Below are positions 19,664 to 29,109 of a stretch of 64,000 nucleotides of DNA, piece by piece. The position numbers were made by a program, and so were the translations under genes. Source of the DNA: a virus (taxonomy: Duplodnaviria > Caudoviricetes); IMG/VR virus record IMGVR_UViG_3300021091_000011; one strand, given 5' to 3'. The notes below the pieces were generated by a model. The model did not search any database and was not told the origin of the DNA. It saw only the letters and a program-made list of their open reading frames with translations. How positions within the stretch are numbered: the stretch's first letter is position 1; each line of letters begins with the position of its first letter.

Positions 19664-20266
19664 ATGGGCACGCCGATTTTGTTTCACGGTCCTTCGGGAC
19701 GTGATCGTGCGGTCGCTTGGTCCTTTGACTCAGGCCGACCCATTTCGGAACCACTTGGCGACAACGGTCTCAAGGTTGACGACTCGCGTTTGATCGTCGG
19801 TCTAAGCAATCAGGCGGGCGTCGGTGACCGTCCTCCTACATTGGTCATCGGCCCGATTGATCGGGCTACGGTCGAGGCGTCTGACGCTTTGCTTAAGACG
19901 TTAGAGGATTTGGCCGAGGGTCCTTTGCGCGTCGTGCTGTGGGCTGATTTCTTGGTCAGCGTTTCGCCAACCATTCGTTCACGCACGCAGGCCATTTGGT
20001 GTGCGGGCGTGGCCCGCATCCCCAAGGCGACGCGGCAAGCCGCAGAGTCGGTTATTCAGGCGCACCGTGAGAACAAAGCAATCGTGTCCAAGACTCACGC
20101 GGCGTTAGAAGAACAAGACCCCGAGATTTTGCTCGACGCGATCATAGGCGCGTTAGACGTGAACGACGCAAACGACTTAGCCCTATGGGAACGCTTGCGC
20201 CCCATGCTCGGTTCACGTTGGGTGACGGCTAAGACGGCCTTTATCGACGCCGTGGTGCCGACGTGA
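19664..20266 (+). CDS. holB: Clamp-loader delta'-like subunit
   Basis: VIGPIDRATVEASDALLKTLED and SPTIRSRTQ. Confidence 0.8.
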   Translation: MGTPILFHGPSGRDRAVAWSFDSGRPISEPLGDNGLKVDDSRLIVGLSNQAGVGDRPPTLVIGPIDRATVEASDALLKTLEDLAEGPLRVVLWADFLVSVSPTIRSRTQAIWCAGVARIPKATRQAAESVIQAHRENKAIVSKTHAALEEQDPEILLDAIIGALDVNDANDLALWERLRPMLGSRWVTAKTAFIDAVVPT

Positions 20267-21192
20267 AGAAACTTCATTCGATCATGGTCTTGGCAGGCTC
20301 CGAGGATTTCCTGCGCGACCGCGAAAAGCAACGAATGATTCAAGCCGCTTGGTCCAACGGCTATCAGGTCATTCACGCCTCCGATCAAAACCAAGTAGAC
20401 GACGAGATTTCGCAAGTCGGCGTCATTGCGATTGACCCCTTGCTCATCGTCGCTCAAGGCTGGAAGCCTGACTTTAGCGACGACGTGCCGGACAACGTGA
20501 GTTATCTGGTCGTCTTGGACGGTGACAAACTGCCCGACTTGCCGAAGACCGCCAAGACTTCGGTTTATATGCGTGGGGCTACCCGCCGTGACCGCAAACA
20601 GGCTGCGGAGAAGTTTTGCACGTTGGAGGCCAAACGTCATGGGCTGACGATTGCGAGCGGCTTGGAAGAAGCCATCGTGAATCTGACGGGCGACGATTTA
20701 GGCGTCGTCGCGTGGGAGATTTTCAAGGTCGCTGCGTTGGCGCGTGCAAAGTCCACCGTGCAAATCACGAGCGAGTTAATCTCGCAGACGATTCGCATGG
20801 CGGTCACCACGCCTGATTTATCAGCCTTGGTCGAATCGCTCGGCAATCGTGATGGGAAAACTCTTGCACGCACGCTCGCGCGCTTTGGTCACGGTGACGA
20901 TCCGACCATGTTGCTTCTAAGGGCCAAAGGCGGTCCCGTGGACGCGATTTTGACGTGGTTGCGAATCTGCGACGCTTCGCAACAAGACGCCGATTATCTG
21001 GCGAACGTGCTTGGTGTTCATGCGTGGCAATTGAAGAACCGTGATTTGCCAGCGGTCAAAAGATGGGGCAAAGAGCGGTTACGCGGGCTATTGAAAGCGT
21101 TAGCAGAAATCGAACGCGCGATTGTCGAAGGCCGCTGCCCAAATCCTTGGCTTGCTTGTCAGTCCGTGTTTCTAAACGCCGTGAGGGTATAA
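20263..21192 (+). CDS. holA: Clamp-loader delta-like subunit
   Basis: VLAGSEDFLR and AIVNLTGDDLGVVAWEIFKV; coupled to the holB-like gene. Confidence 0.75.
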   Translation: MKKLHSIMVLAGSEDFLRDREKQRMIQAAWSNGYQVIHASDQNQVDDEISQVGVIAIDPLLIVAQGWKPDFSDDVPDNVSYLVVLDGDKLPDLPKTAKTSVYMRGATRRDRKQAAEKFCTLEAKRHGLTIASGLEEAIVNLTGDDLGVVAWEIFKVAALARAKSTVQITSELISQTIRMAVTTPDLSALVESLGNRDGKTLARTLARFGHGDDPTMLLLRAKGGPVDAILTWLRICDASQQDADYLANVLGVHAWQLKNRDLPAVKRWGKERLRGLLKALAEIERAIVEGRCPNPWLACQSVFLNAVRV

Positions 21193-21196
21193 GACC

Positions 21197-21640
21197 ATGC
21201 CGCCGACGCAATACAAGCCGAGCATCCTGCACAATCTCAGGGGCGAGCCTGACCAACTGCTGATTATCCAATGGGCGGGCGCGATCTTTTTGACCATCGC
21301 AATCGCGTGGAACGCAACTGTAGACGCCTATCTCGGTCACGATCTGGTTGTTGAGCCACAAAGCAACGAGGTAGTTTTCAAGCCCACTCGGTTCAAACAG
21401 ATTGCCCCCGACACGCTTTTGTTTTTGGTAGCCATGGCGGGTGGTGCGGGTGGCTTGTATAACTGGCGAAGGGCACAAGACCGCAAACACGAGATTGAAA
21501 AAATCAGGGTTGCACCTGCGGCTGTCACGCCGCCGCTTTCGCAATCGTCGGGTTCCTATGGGGTGCGGCAACGCGCTCGGGATTTGAGGCCGACTGAACC
21601 GATTGACGTCATGCCAGGTGATCCCGATGCCAATATCTGA
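21197..21640 (+). CDS. Membrane protein with two predicted TM helices
   Basis: Hydrophobic stretches IIQWAGAIFLTIAIAW and LLFLVAMAGGAGGLY. Confidence 0.55.
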   Translation: MPPTQYKPSILHNLRGEPDQLLIIQWAGAIFLTIAIAWNATVDAYLGHDLVVEPQSNEVVFKPTRFKQIAPDTLLFLVAMAGGAGGLYNWRRAQDRKHEIEKIRVAPAAVTPPLSQSSGSYGVRQRARDLRPTEPIDVMPGDPDANI

Positions 21641-21980
21641 CGGCGGTGACGCCAATCGGTTCGACACGGTTAACCTGTTGGTCGAAATCAAGTTACGCAT
21701 TTCGGACGGCGCAATCTGGACTTCGCACAGGCCCGCTACGCCGGGCGATGCGAGCCGACTTGAGCAATGGCCTTCGGGCGGTCTGGTGCAAACCGCCCAC
21801 GCGCTGCTCATTGAAGCCCTGCGACGTGAAGCCTACACGATGGCAATCACGAAATTGTCGCAAGGGCATGAAAAGATAACGCCGAAAGAACTACAAAATG
21901 CGTTGACCGTGGTGGTTCAACGGTTCGTAGATCAGTTTAGCCAAGGCGCTGTTCAAGACGCCTTGAGCAAAATCAATTAG
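21603..21980 (+). CDS. Hypothetical protein
   Basis: Co-oriented ORF overlapping the membrane gene. Confidence 0.55.
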   Translation: MTSCQVIPMPISDGGDANRFDTVNLLVEIKLRISDGAIWTSHRPATPGDASRLEQWPSGGLVQTAHALLIEALRREAYTMAITKLSQGHEKITPKELQNALTVVVQRFVDQFSQGAVQDALSKIN

Positions 21981-22542
21981 CGGATCGCCATTGGTTCTGG
22001 TGCTCGCGTGAGCAAAAGAACACGCCGAGTTTGTTTCCGGCGATTTCAGACGGCTTACGCTTCAAAGGCGTACTGCAAATCGCGCAAGAAACGCCGCTCG
22101 TCGTGAGCGGCTTTGGCCTTACCGCGTGCTGTTCTTGATGCTCGCGTGAGCAAAAGAACACGCCCGTCTTACTCTTCGCCACGTCCGAAGGCTTGCGGTA
22201 AAGGTCCACACCGCAAACGCCGCAGTTTACGAGCGACGCACCGCGTCTCTTTTCAGACGAGGTTTCCACAACCTCGACCTCAATTGTCGGCTCGGGGATC
22301 GGCGCGGGTCGTGCCGTAGCCTTTATCTCCGCGAGATCCGCATACGCTCGCTCGATTGCGAGTTTGTGCGATTCCGCGTCAGGCACACTTGTCACTAAAC
22401 GCATAGGCGTATCCGGCCTTTTCTCTGGCCTCGTCGAACGGCAACCTGCATACCAACACGCAGGGCTATTTGCGGGCAGACGAACCGTAGACAAGTGATT
22501 CAAGCAAACCCACGTTTGCTCGTTGAGCCATTTCGCTTTCAA
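21973..22542 (-). CDS. Zinc-finger repeat protein (2x CxxC...FFCSREHQ)
   Basis: Two internal repeats CxxCxxxLxRKPSxxAxxKxGVFFCSREHQ plus an N-terminal C/H cluster. Confidence 0.7.
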   Translation of the reverse strand: MKAKWLNEQTWVCLNHLSTVRLPANSPACWYAGCRSTRPEKRPDTPMRLVTSVPDAESHKLAIERAYADLAEIKATARPAPIPEPTIEVEVVETSSEKRRGASLVNCGVCGVDLYRKPSDVAKSKTGVFFCSREHQEQHAVRPKPLTTSGVSCAICSTPLKRKPSEIAGNKLGVFFCSREHQNQWRSAN

Positions 22543-22592
22543 CGCAAAAACCCCGTCGAGATACAGTCGTTTGACTGTACCCTAACAGGGTT

Positions 22593-24788
22593 TCACGCCG
22601 CCTTAAAGGACTTGGCGACACCTTCGATCTTCTTGGCGCGGCTCGGGAACATCACGCCCTCAAGATACGAGGCAAGCATCGCGGGCAGGTTTTCAACCTG
22701 CGGGACCGAAAGGTGCTCGGGGAACATTTGCCCGACCGAAGCACCCGCGTAACCCAAGCCGATGCCGACGATCTTGATTTGCGCGTTTGCAGACACGCGA
22801 ATCTGATTGCGGACCACTTCAGGGTTATCAGGCACACCGTCGGTAATCGTCAGCACGATCCGGTGACGCTCGCTGCGCTTATTCAACTCTTGGAGCGCGT
22901 ACTGAATACCGTCTTCGAGCGGCGTACCACCCGACGCCGTGATGCTCGGGAAGCGGGGCAGAGCCGTCACCATCGACTCGTTCCAATCCTTGAATACGTC
23001 GATTTTGATCGGCTGGTGACGATGGCATCCCACAGCCTCATCGTAATAAGCGCCGCTACCGTTTCGCGGGCCAATAGCGAGCACCGGACAACCGAGGGAA
23101 GAAAGCGCGTCGGCAATCGCCACCGCACCCTTGACCGTATCCTTGCGAAGCCCGTTCATCGAACCGGACTCGTCGATTACGAGCGCAACCGCGAGGCTAC
23201 AATCGTTCTTCTTGTCCTTCTGGTAATCGGGGCGCGTCGGGTCCATGCCCATCGAAATCTCGACAATCGAATCGACCATGCGACGCTCGCTCAGGTCCAC
23301 GCCCTTTCGGACACCGTGCGTGTAAGACGGCGTTCGCGCGGCCAAAAACTTGTTGCGGAGTCGCGCACGCAGCGCCGCAATCTCCTTGCGGACGCTATCA
23401 CGAATATTGGAACCCGATTTGCCTTCACGCACCGGAGCGAAAGCGACCTTATCCTCTTCGGGGCAAGGGGACCGCCACGGCCTCTCGCCTTTCGCAAGGT
23501 CGTTATTGAACGCAGCCGTAATCGCCTGCTCAAGTGCCTGCGCCACGTCTTTCACGTCCATCGTGGCGTCATGCGCGATGGCCTCAATCAATGCCGAGGC
23601 AAGTTCACGGACCTGATCGTCGGTGAGAACCGTGTGACCGTTTGCACCCTGCTCGCCGTCATTCGACTCGCCGTCGTCCCCGTCCTGATCGTCGTCCTGA
23701 TCGTCGTCCTGATCGCCGTCGTCCTGATCGTCGTCGTCCTGATCGCCGTCGTCCCCATCCTTCGGCTCAGGCTTATCGCTACCGCTACCGTTGCCATCCT
23801 TCGGCTCAGGCTTACCGCTACCGCTACCGTTGCCATCCTTCGGCTCAGGCTTACCGTTCTGCTCGCCCTTCGGCTCAGACTTACCGCCGCCTTCGGCGTC
23901 GTTCTCGTCCTGCCCGCCTTGCCCGCCCTCGCCCTCATTCTCGCCCTCTTGCGGCTTATCCTGCTCCGAAGCAAGGTCGCGGAGAAGCAAGGCGATGTCC
24001 ATCGCCATCCAAATCGCTTCCATATCAGCCGATTCGGGCAGGTTGATTGCCTTGTCGAGCATCGGACGCAACGGCCCATTCACGAAAGCGACCGCTTCGG
24101 GGCAAACCTGCTCGTAAAAAGCGAGCGCGGACCGCTGGCGCGGCGTGCCGTAGCCAAGCCCAAGGTCCCGAAAAACACAACCGATCATCGTCAAAAGCAA
24201 GTTCTCGGGCATCTGCTTCTCGAAGCCCTCTTGCTCCATCTTCAAGATCAAGTCTTGCAGGGCTTCCATCTTGGGCAACGCACCGGGAAACCGCGCGCAA
24301 CCCAATCGCTCAATGCGGATATCCTCGATGATGTTCGACCAACCCATCATCACCGAATGCTGGCTCTTCCAAAAGGCCATATCAGCCTTGCTCCATCGCT
24401 CGTTCAGCGGAGCCTCGATCTCTTCGCGCTTCAACGTCGTGCGCCGCGAGTATCGAGTGTGCCACGCCTCGTGGTACGCACCGCCGACGAGCGCGAGCGC
24501 CGTGCCCGCAGGCAAATCGTCCGGCGTCGCCGCGATCACGATATGCGGCGTAAAGTTCACGTCCGCGTTCGCCGTGTTCAGCAGACTGCTAATCTGCCAC
24601 GACTTTCCGGCATAGTAGGACATCGCCGTGAAAAGCGCACGGCCCGTCCAACGGTCGCGGTTCATAAACCCCGAACCGTAGGATCGGACCGGACGCCGCA
24701 CGTTCAGGTCGTGCAGCATACCGTCAACCGATTGCTGATGCGTCGCGCGCCACTTCGCGCCTGAAAGGGCCTTGAGCATGGTCGTCAC
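22593..24788 (-). CDS. VWA (MIDAS) domain protein, CobT-like MoxR partner, with acidic linker
   Basis: VIDESGSM, GGTP, ITDG. N-terminal HEAWH and NIIEDIRIE metallopeptidase-like motifs. EPKDGNGSGS and DDQD repeats. Confidence 0.85.
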   Translation of the reverse strand: MTTMLKALSGAKWRATHQQSVDGMLHDLNVRRPVRSYGSGFMNRDRWTGRALFTAMSYYAGKSWQISSLLNTANADVNFTPHIVIAATPDDLPAGTALALVGGAYHEAWHTRYSRRTTLKREEIEAPLNERWSKADMAFWKSQHSVMMGWSNIIEDIRIERLGCARFPGALPKMEALQDLILKMEQEGFEKQMPENLLLTMIGCVFRDLGLGYGTPRQRSALAFYEQVCPEAVAFVNGPLRPMLDKAINLPESADMEAIWMAMDIALLLRDLASEQDKPQEGENEGEGGQGGQDENDAEGGGKSEPKGEQNGKPEPKDGNGSGSGKPEPKDGNGSGSDKPEPKDGDDGDQDDDDQDDGDQDDDQDDDQDGDDGESNDGEQGANGHTVLTDDQVRELASALIEAIAHDATMDVKDVAQALEQAITAAFNNDLAKGERPWRSPCPEEDKVAFAPVREGKSGSNIRDSVRKEIAALRARLRNKFLAARTPSYTHGVRKGVDLSERRMVDSIVEISMGMDPTRPDYQKDKKNDCSLAVALVIDESGSMNGLRKDTVKGAVAIADALSSLGCPVLAIGPRNGSGAYYDEAVGCHRHQPIKIDVFKDWNESMVTALPRFPSITASGGTPLEDGIQYALQELNKRSERHRIVLTITDGVPDNPEVVRNQIRVSANAQIKIVGIGLGYAGASVGQMFPEHLSVPQVENLPAMLASYLEGVMFPSRAKKIEGVAKSFKAA

Positions 24789-24808
24789 TCCTTAGTAAAG
24801 ATTGTGCC

Positions 24809-24853
24809 TACACCATCCAAACGGTCGGGCAGCGCAGGAAAAACCGAAAATCG
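24809..24853 (-). promoter_or_regulatory. Bipartite phage promoter-like motif, copy 1
   Basis: GATTTTCGGTTTT-N15-CCGTTTGGATGGTGTA, upstream of the VWA gene. Confidence 0.75.
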
Positions 24854-24855
24854 AC

Positions 24856-25128
24856 TCAAAAACCGAGCCGCTTCAAATCGGCGTTCATGTGACGCCCAAG
24901 CACCTGCGACTCGGCTGATAGATAGGTCTTGCCGTTCACGTCCGTCTTGACAACGGCGTTCGTCAGGACCTTGCCCGCCTTAATCCCACGCGCAAGCCGA
25001 TTCGCCAACGCGCGCTTCGTGTGCGGCAACGTCCAGCCATAGACGTCGCTACGGTCAACCAGCCCCTCGGGAGCCGTTACGCTCACCTGAAGCAATCCGT
25101 AGCCTTCTGTAATCGTCACGTCAAACAT
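24856..25128 (-). CDS. Small cassette protein, unknown function
   Basis: GGAG RBS; TGA abuts motif copy 1. Confidence 0.65.
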   Translation of the reverse strand: MFDVTITEGYGLLQVSVTAPEGLVDRSDVYGWTLPHTKRALANRLARGIKAGKVLTNAVVKTDVNGKTYLSAESQVLGRHMNADLKRLGF

Positions 25129-25151
25129 CGCTTGCTCCATATTGATTGCGC

Positions 25152-25199
25152 TTACACCATCCAAACGGTCAGGCACCGCCCGAAAAACCGAAAATCGAC
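25152..25199 (-). promoter_or_regulatory. Bipartite motif, copy 2
   Basis: Same consensus with a 15-nt spacer. A decayed plus-strand copy lies at 25207-25247. Confidence 0.75.
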
Positions 25200-25322
25200 A
25201 TTCGCTTTTTCGGTTTTTTCAGGACTCGCCAACCGTTTAGATCACCCACTATGTAAAAATCAGGCCCATGTGCGCGCACAACGGTTGATTGCCTCGCAGA
25301 AAACCGAAAATCGACATTCACT

Positions 25323-25367
25323 TTTTCGGTTTTCTGCGTTCGGGATAACCGTTTGGATGGTGTAAGC
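25323..25367 (+). promoter_or_regulatory. Bipartite motif, copy 3
   Basis: TTTTCGGTTTT-N15-CCGTTTGGATGGTGTAAGC. Confidence 0.75.
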
Positions 25368-25383
25368 ACAACACAACAAGGGA

Positions 25384-25680
25384 GTGACGAACATGACGAT
25401 CCAAATCACGAAGATCAAGTCGAACGGTGATCACACAACTTCTACGCAGGAAGTTGCGAAGGGCGTGTCCCCGCTCGATGCGCTCGATTGGGACGACGCC
25501 CGCGACTTCCTTGAAGGGTACGTCGAGGTCATCGGCCTCCGCACGGACGGGTTCCGTCACAAGACGTGGATGATGGTCGACGAGGATGGGCTTCCGAAGG
25601 CCCTCGCCCCGAACCACACGGCCAGCGTCATCGCGGGTCGCCGGATCGTCGGCAACGCGATCTGGATCGAAGTAATCTGA
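25384..25680 (+). CDS. DUF3846-like small phage protein
   Basis: GYVEVI, MVDEDG and IVGNA pattern. Start is GTG 25384 or ATG 25393. Confidence 0.65.
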   Translation: MTNMTIQITKIKSNGDHTTSTQEVAKGVSPLDALDWDDARDFLEGYVEVIGLRTDGFRHKTWMMVDEDGLPKALAPNHTASVIAGRRIVGNAIWIEVI

Positions 25681-25683
25681 GTC

Positions 25684-25730
25684 GATTTTCGGTTTTCCCA
25701 AACCGAACCATCCGTTTGGATGGTGTAAGC
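25684..25730 (+). promoter_or_regulatory. Bipartite motif, copy 4
   Basis: Directly after the TGA at 25680; 15-nt spacer. Confidence 0.75.
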
Positions 25731-25878
25731 AATCTCAAGGAGCAAAGCCATGGAGTGTCCGCGACAGGACCGAGAAAGCCGCCTACGTTCGGCCCATCTT
25801 GGTCACAGAAATCAAGTATTTGCAGGACATTCCGGCGCGCATTATCGCAGGTGAACTGCCCGGTTGGGAGGTCTGAAC

Positions 25879-26337
25879 ATGAACGCACGAATCGAAATCA
25901 CCGACCTGACCACGCGCGCACGCACGGTCAAGACGGTCGAGAACGCGCCGGACTACCCGCCACCCGCCGAAGACTTCACGGCGGTTCTCTGGACCTACGA
26001 CAACGGCACGCAATTCGTCTGCAAGGCAAACAGCGTGACGCCCGTGCCCGCGTCGGTCGATTGCCCGACCTGCGGCGCACCGCACCACGCGAATCAACAT
26101 TGTTTCGAGTGCTGGTTCTGGGACGACGTCGCACAAGACGCCGACGTGTTCGTCGTCAACGGCAACGCCTATTGCATGGGGCCGGAGAACGCCACCATGA
26201 AGGGCATGGGCGGCACCAAGTATCGCGTCCGGTCGCTGCACGGCAAAACCGAACGGACGACGACGAACCTCTGGCACCGAGGCAAAGTCCCGCCCTCGCA
26301 CCAAACCCGACTGCCCAACAACGCCTACTTTGCTTAA
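25879..26337 (+). CDS. Hypothetical protein with zinc-finger motif
   Basis: CPTC...CFECWFW; GGAGG RBS before ATG 25879. Confidence 0.65.
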   Translation: MNARIEITDLTTRARTVKTVENAPDYPPPAEDFTAVLWTYDNGTQFVCKANSVTPVPASVDCPTCGAPHHANQHCFECWFWDDVAQDADVFVVNGNAYCMGPENATMKGMGGTKYRVRSLHGKTERTTTNLWHRGKVPPSHQTRLPNNAYFA

Positions 26338-26399
26338 GCGTTAACAACGCTATCAAAGCCCATGAGCAGCAATAACCTGATTTTTACAGGCATGGGCAC

Positions 26400-27056
26400 A
26401 TGAACAAGATTTCTTCTCAAGACCGAAGCGCGCTGATTAAATTAGCCGCAAGTCTGCCGCTCGGCTCTGCCGAGCGCAGGGTGATCCTCGCCGGAATCGG
26501 ATACCGTTGGCTACCCGAGAACATTCGCGGGACATCGCCAAATGTCCCTTCTGAAAACACGGACCTCGAAATCTGGACCTATGAAGTCGCCGGAAAGCCC
26601 TACGCCATCGCGTATCAGGGCAAGTCTAGCAAGCCGCTGTTTTACTCGTTGTTCCGAAGTGAAGAACAACGCCGGAACACGATTCAAAATGCAATCAATA
26701 GCCGCAAGTCGGCTATTGAAAGCAAAGCGTTGCGACGCAAAGAGCGTAGTGAGTATCAGCACACGCTCAAAGTGGGCGACATCCTCTACTCTAGTTGGGG
26801 ATACGACCAAACCAACGTCGACTTCTACGAAGTCGTAGGCGTCAGCGGCAAAGCCGTCGCCATTCGTGAGATCGAACAGCGCGTGGTCGAAGGCAATGAC
26901 TTTACAGAGAGGGTCGCCCCCATGCCGCGAAAGTATATCGGCCCCGTGCTAAAGAAAATCCCGCGCGATAACTTCGTGCGCCTGAATAGTTTTTCAATTG
27001 CTCGGCTTTGGGACGGCAAGCCGAAGACGCAATCCGGCCCATACGGAGGCCACTAA
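26400..27056 (+). CDS. DRSALIKLA-leader protein with a SWGYDQTNVDFY-type domain
   Basis: N-terminal MNKISSQDRSALIKLA; C-terminal GDILYSSWGYDQTNVDFYEV, a motif recalled from phage/plasmid hypothetical proteins. Confidence 0.75.
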   Translation: MNKISSQDRSALIKLAASLPLGSAERRVILAGIGYRWLPENIRGTSPNVPSENTDLEIWTYEVAGKPYAIAYQGKSSKPLFYSLFRSEEQRRNTIQNAINSRKSAIESKALRRKERSEYQHTLKVGDILYSSWGYDQTNVDFYEVVGVSGKAVAIREIEQRVVEGNDFTERVAPMPRKYIGPVLKKIPRDNFVRLNSFSIARLWDGKPKTQSGPYGGH

Positions 27057-27105
27057 GTCCTTTTACTTAGCCTATCACGCCAACCGTAGGCAGGAGACCG
27101 ATTAC

Positions 27106-27483
27106 ATGAACAAGATTTCTTCGCAAGACCGAAGCGCGCTGATCAAGTTGGCATCAAGTCTGCCCGCAGGCGACGAAACCCGTCGCGCGATTCTCGCAGG
27201 CTTGACCAAACTCGCCGCCCCCTACAAGCACGACAGCACCACCAGCGGTGGTAAGCGTTGCCGCAATCAATCCTGCGGCGGCGTCGGCGCACCGGGCAAA
27301 GGTTTATCCGAGTACGACCTGCTCGCAAACTACGGCGATCACGTCGGCACCGACCACGATCCCCAAAAGAATATGGCGGGCTATATGCGTTGGTGGCGTG
27401 AAAACCAAGGTCAACACAAAGACCGCACCGTGAGCCCCACGGGTGCAGGCAACGAGACTTTCAATCCTCAAAAGAAGAAGTAA
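27106..27483 (+). CDS. DRSALIKLA-leader protein, unknown cargo
   Basis: AGGAG RBS; ATG 27106; same leader as 26400. Confidence 0.75.
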   Translation: MNKISSQDRSALIKLASSLPAGDETRRAILAGLTKLAAPYKHDSTTSGGKRCRNQSCGGVGAPGKGLSEYDLLANYGDHVGTDHDPQKNMAGYMRWWRENQGQHKDRTVSPTGAGNETFNPQKKK

Positions 27484-27508
27484 GTAAGTCTCCCCCCCTA
27501 GCCCTTAG

Positions 27509-27544
27509 AAAAGCCCTCTCGCTCGCGCAAGAGGGGCTTTTTTT
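27509..27544. terminator. Intrinsic terminator (bidirectional-looking)
   Basis: AAAAGCCCTCT...AGAGGGGCTTTTTTT. Confidence 0.85.
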
Positions 27545-27570
27545 ATGCCCAAAAAGCGTATGATCACGCT

Positions 27571-27660
27571 ATGCCTAGCAACACCGTCAGACTGATTCTC
27601 GGCGATAGCCTTGTCAAACTCAAAGATTTCTTAATCCGGCTATACCAATCTAACGCTTAG
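27571..27660 (+). pseudogene. Truncated copy of the MTase 5' end
   Basis: MPSNTVRLILGDSLVKLKD is identical to the 29110 start, then diverges at 27626. Confidence 0.85.
27632..27645 (+). promoter_or_regulatory. Representative of the TAA-NNN-SSCTATM motif (putative late promoter)
   Basis: Also at 16358-16371 (minus), 26342-26355, 52009-52022 and 57912-57925, with variants at 18897 and 27064. All lie 28-54 nt upstream of a start. Confidence 0.55.
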
Positions 27661-27682
27661 ATTATCTTGAAGGTGTATAGAC

Positions 27683-28798
27683 ATGAGCATGATTTCGCGG
27701 GTTGCGCAGAGATTCTTGCAGGCAGACGCAGTCAAAATTCATTGGTGGTTTCTTGACGCGCATGAGGACCCGACCGTCAAACGTGCCGCAGAACGGCTAT
27801 GGGGTTCCGTCGGTTCCGGGCTGGCTGAGATTGCCCCCATAAATGCGAGACTGCGGGCAATGAAACCCGAGGACGCGCACACGCCCAACGGTTTTCAGAC
27901 GGTGCGCGCCGACGTGAGTCTCGTTACAAGTCCGCAAGTAGAGGGCGTCGCTTTGCACTTGGATTTTTCTTTGGACGGCCGGACGGTCCTGTTCAACTCC
28001 AAGTTGAGAGTCAATCACCCGAAGTTTGCGGCTTTGCATGGTAAGAAAGCAACGCCGGCCAAGATTCTGTCAATTCTCTTTGCGGACTTCACGCAAAAGA
28101 AAGCCGAGTCCAATGCGTTTCAAGACGAACTCGACGCGGAATATGCACGGGTTCGGGCAAACTTTCAGACGCAAGCCGAGGACTTCGCCAAGTTTCTAGC
28201 CTTCCAGATTCCCACACTTCGGTCCAACGTCCCGGCGATTACCGGGAGTGTCAAGTCCGTCACGGCTTCCGAGAATGGCTTTTCGGTCGTGTCGGAGTTC
28301 AAGACCGCCACGGGCAAGCCTTATCAGATAGGGTGTGACGTCCGAAACGGAACGTTGCAAATCACACGTTCTGACGGTAAGCCCGGGTCTAAGTTCTCGA
28401 TAGACTCCGGGGACACACGTTCAGTCGGCAACGCCGTCCATCATGTTTTGAGTGTGGCCCGTGGCATTGCCAGTAGTGAGAGTCAGGCGTCGGACAAGGT
28501 GACGGCTCTGATTCAAGCCACGCGGACGGAAAAGGGCGGGCGAAACCGTAAGGTTTCGTTTATTCCTGGGAAGACCCCGCGTTGGGACGTTCGACCGGAC
28601 ACGCCGAAGTCTTTGGACCATTACGGTCCTGACGGTTGGGACGAAGACGCGTGGACGGAAGAATACGCGGAGCCGATTGAGACGGCGGTGCTCGCCGAGT
28701 TAGACGCCGCTTTTGGACGCGGTATGTTCCACATCGACGTAGAAGAGAACGGTGATTTCACCGTTTACGCGACTCCGGCTGGTGCCCGACTGTTCTAG
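27683..28798 (+). CDS. Hypothetical protein with SRVAQRF leader (putative virion-associated)
   Basis: Long ORF; TAATCCGGCTATAC upstream; MSMISRVAQRFL start. Confidence 0.75.
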   Translation: MSMISRVAQRFLQADAVKIHWWFLDAHEDPTVKRAAERLWGSVGSGLAEIAPINARLRAMKPEDAHTPNGFQTVRADVSLVTSPQVEGVALHLDFSLDGRTVLFNSKLRVNHPKFAALHGKKATPAKILSILFADFTQKKAESNAFQDELDAEYARVRANFQTQAEDFAKFLAFQIPTLRSNVPAITGSVKSVTASENGFSVVSEFKTATGKPYQIGCDVRNGTLQITRSDGKPGSKFSIDSGDTRSVGNAVHHVLSVARGIASSESQASDKVTALIQATRTEKGGRNRKVSFIPGKTPRWDVRPDTPKSLDHYGPDGWDEDAWTEEYAEPIETAVLAELDAAFGRGMFHIDVEENGDFTVYATPAGARLF

Positions 28799-29046
28799 TC
28801 GACGAGCTTCTTGACGAGAGCCTCGATGCGGGCCGACAAATGGGTCCGCACGATTTCGTCCGTGGCCTTACGTCCCGAATCAAGAAATCCGTCGGGAGTA
28901 TTTGAGACGAATCGAACGTCTTAATAACGCTCAGGCGGCGAGCGAGGCGGTCAAAAAAGACCGCACCGTGAGCCCCACGGGTGCAGGCAACGAGACTTTC
29001 AATCCTCAAAAGAAGAAGTAAGTAAGTCTCCCCCCCTAGCCCTTAG

Positions 29047-29083
29047 AAAAGCCCCTCTCGCTCGCGCAAGAGGGGCTTTTTTT
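29047..29083. terminator. Intrinsic terminator (second repeat copy)
   Basis: AAAAGCCCCTCT...AGAGGGGCTTTTTTT. Confidence 0.85.
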
Positions 29084-29109
29084 ATGCCCAAAAAGCGTAT
29101 GATCACGCT

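Noticed and set aside
22713-24764. 683-aa plus-strand ORF
   Set aside because: Antisense shadow of the VWA gene, with no motifs or RBS.
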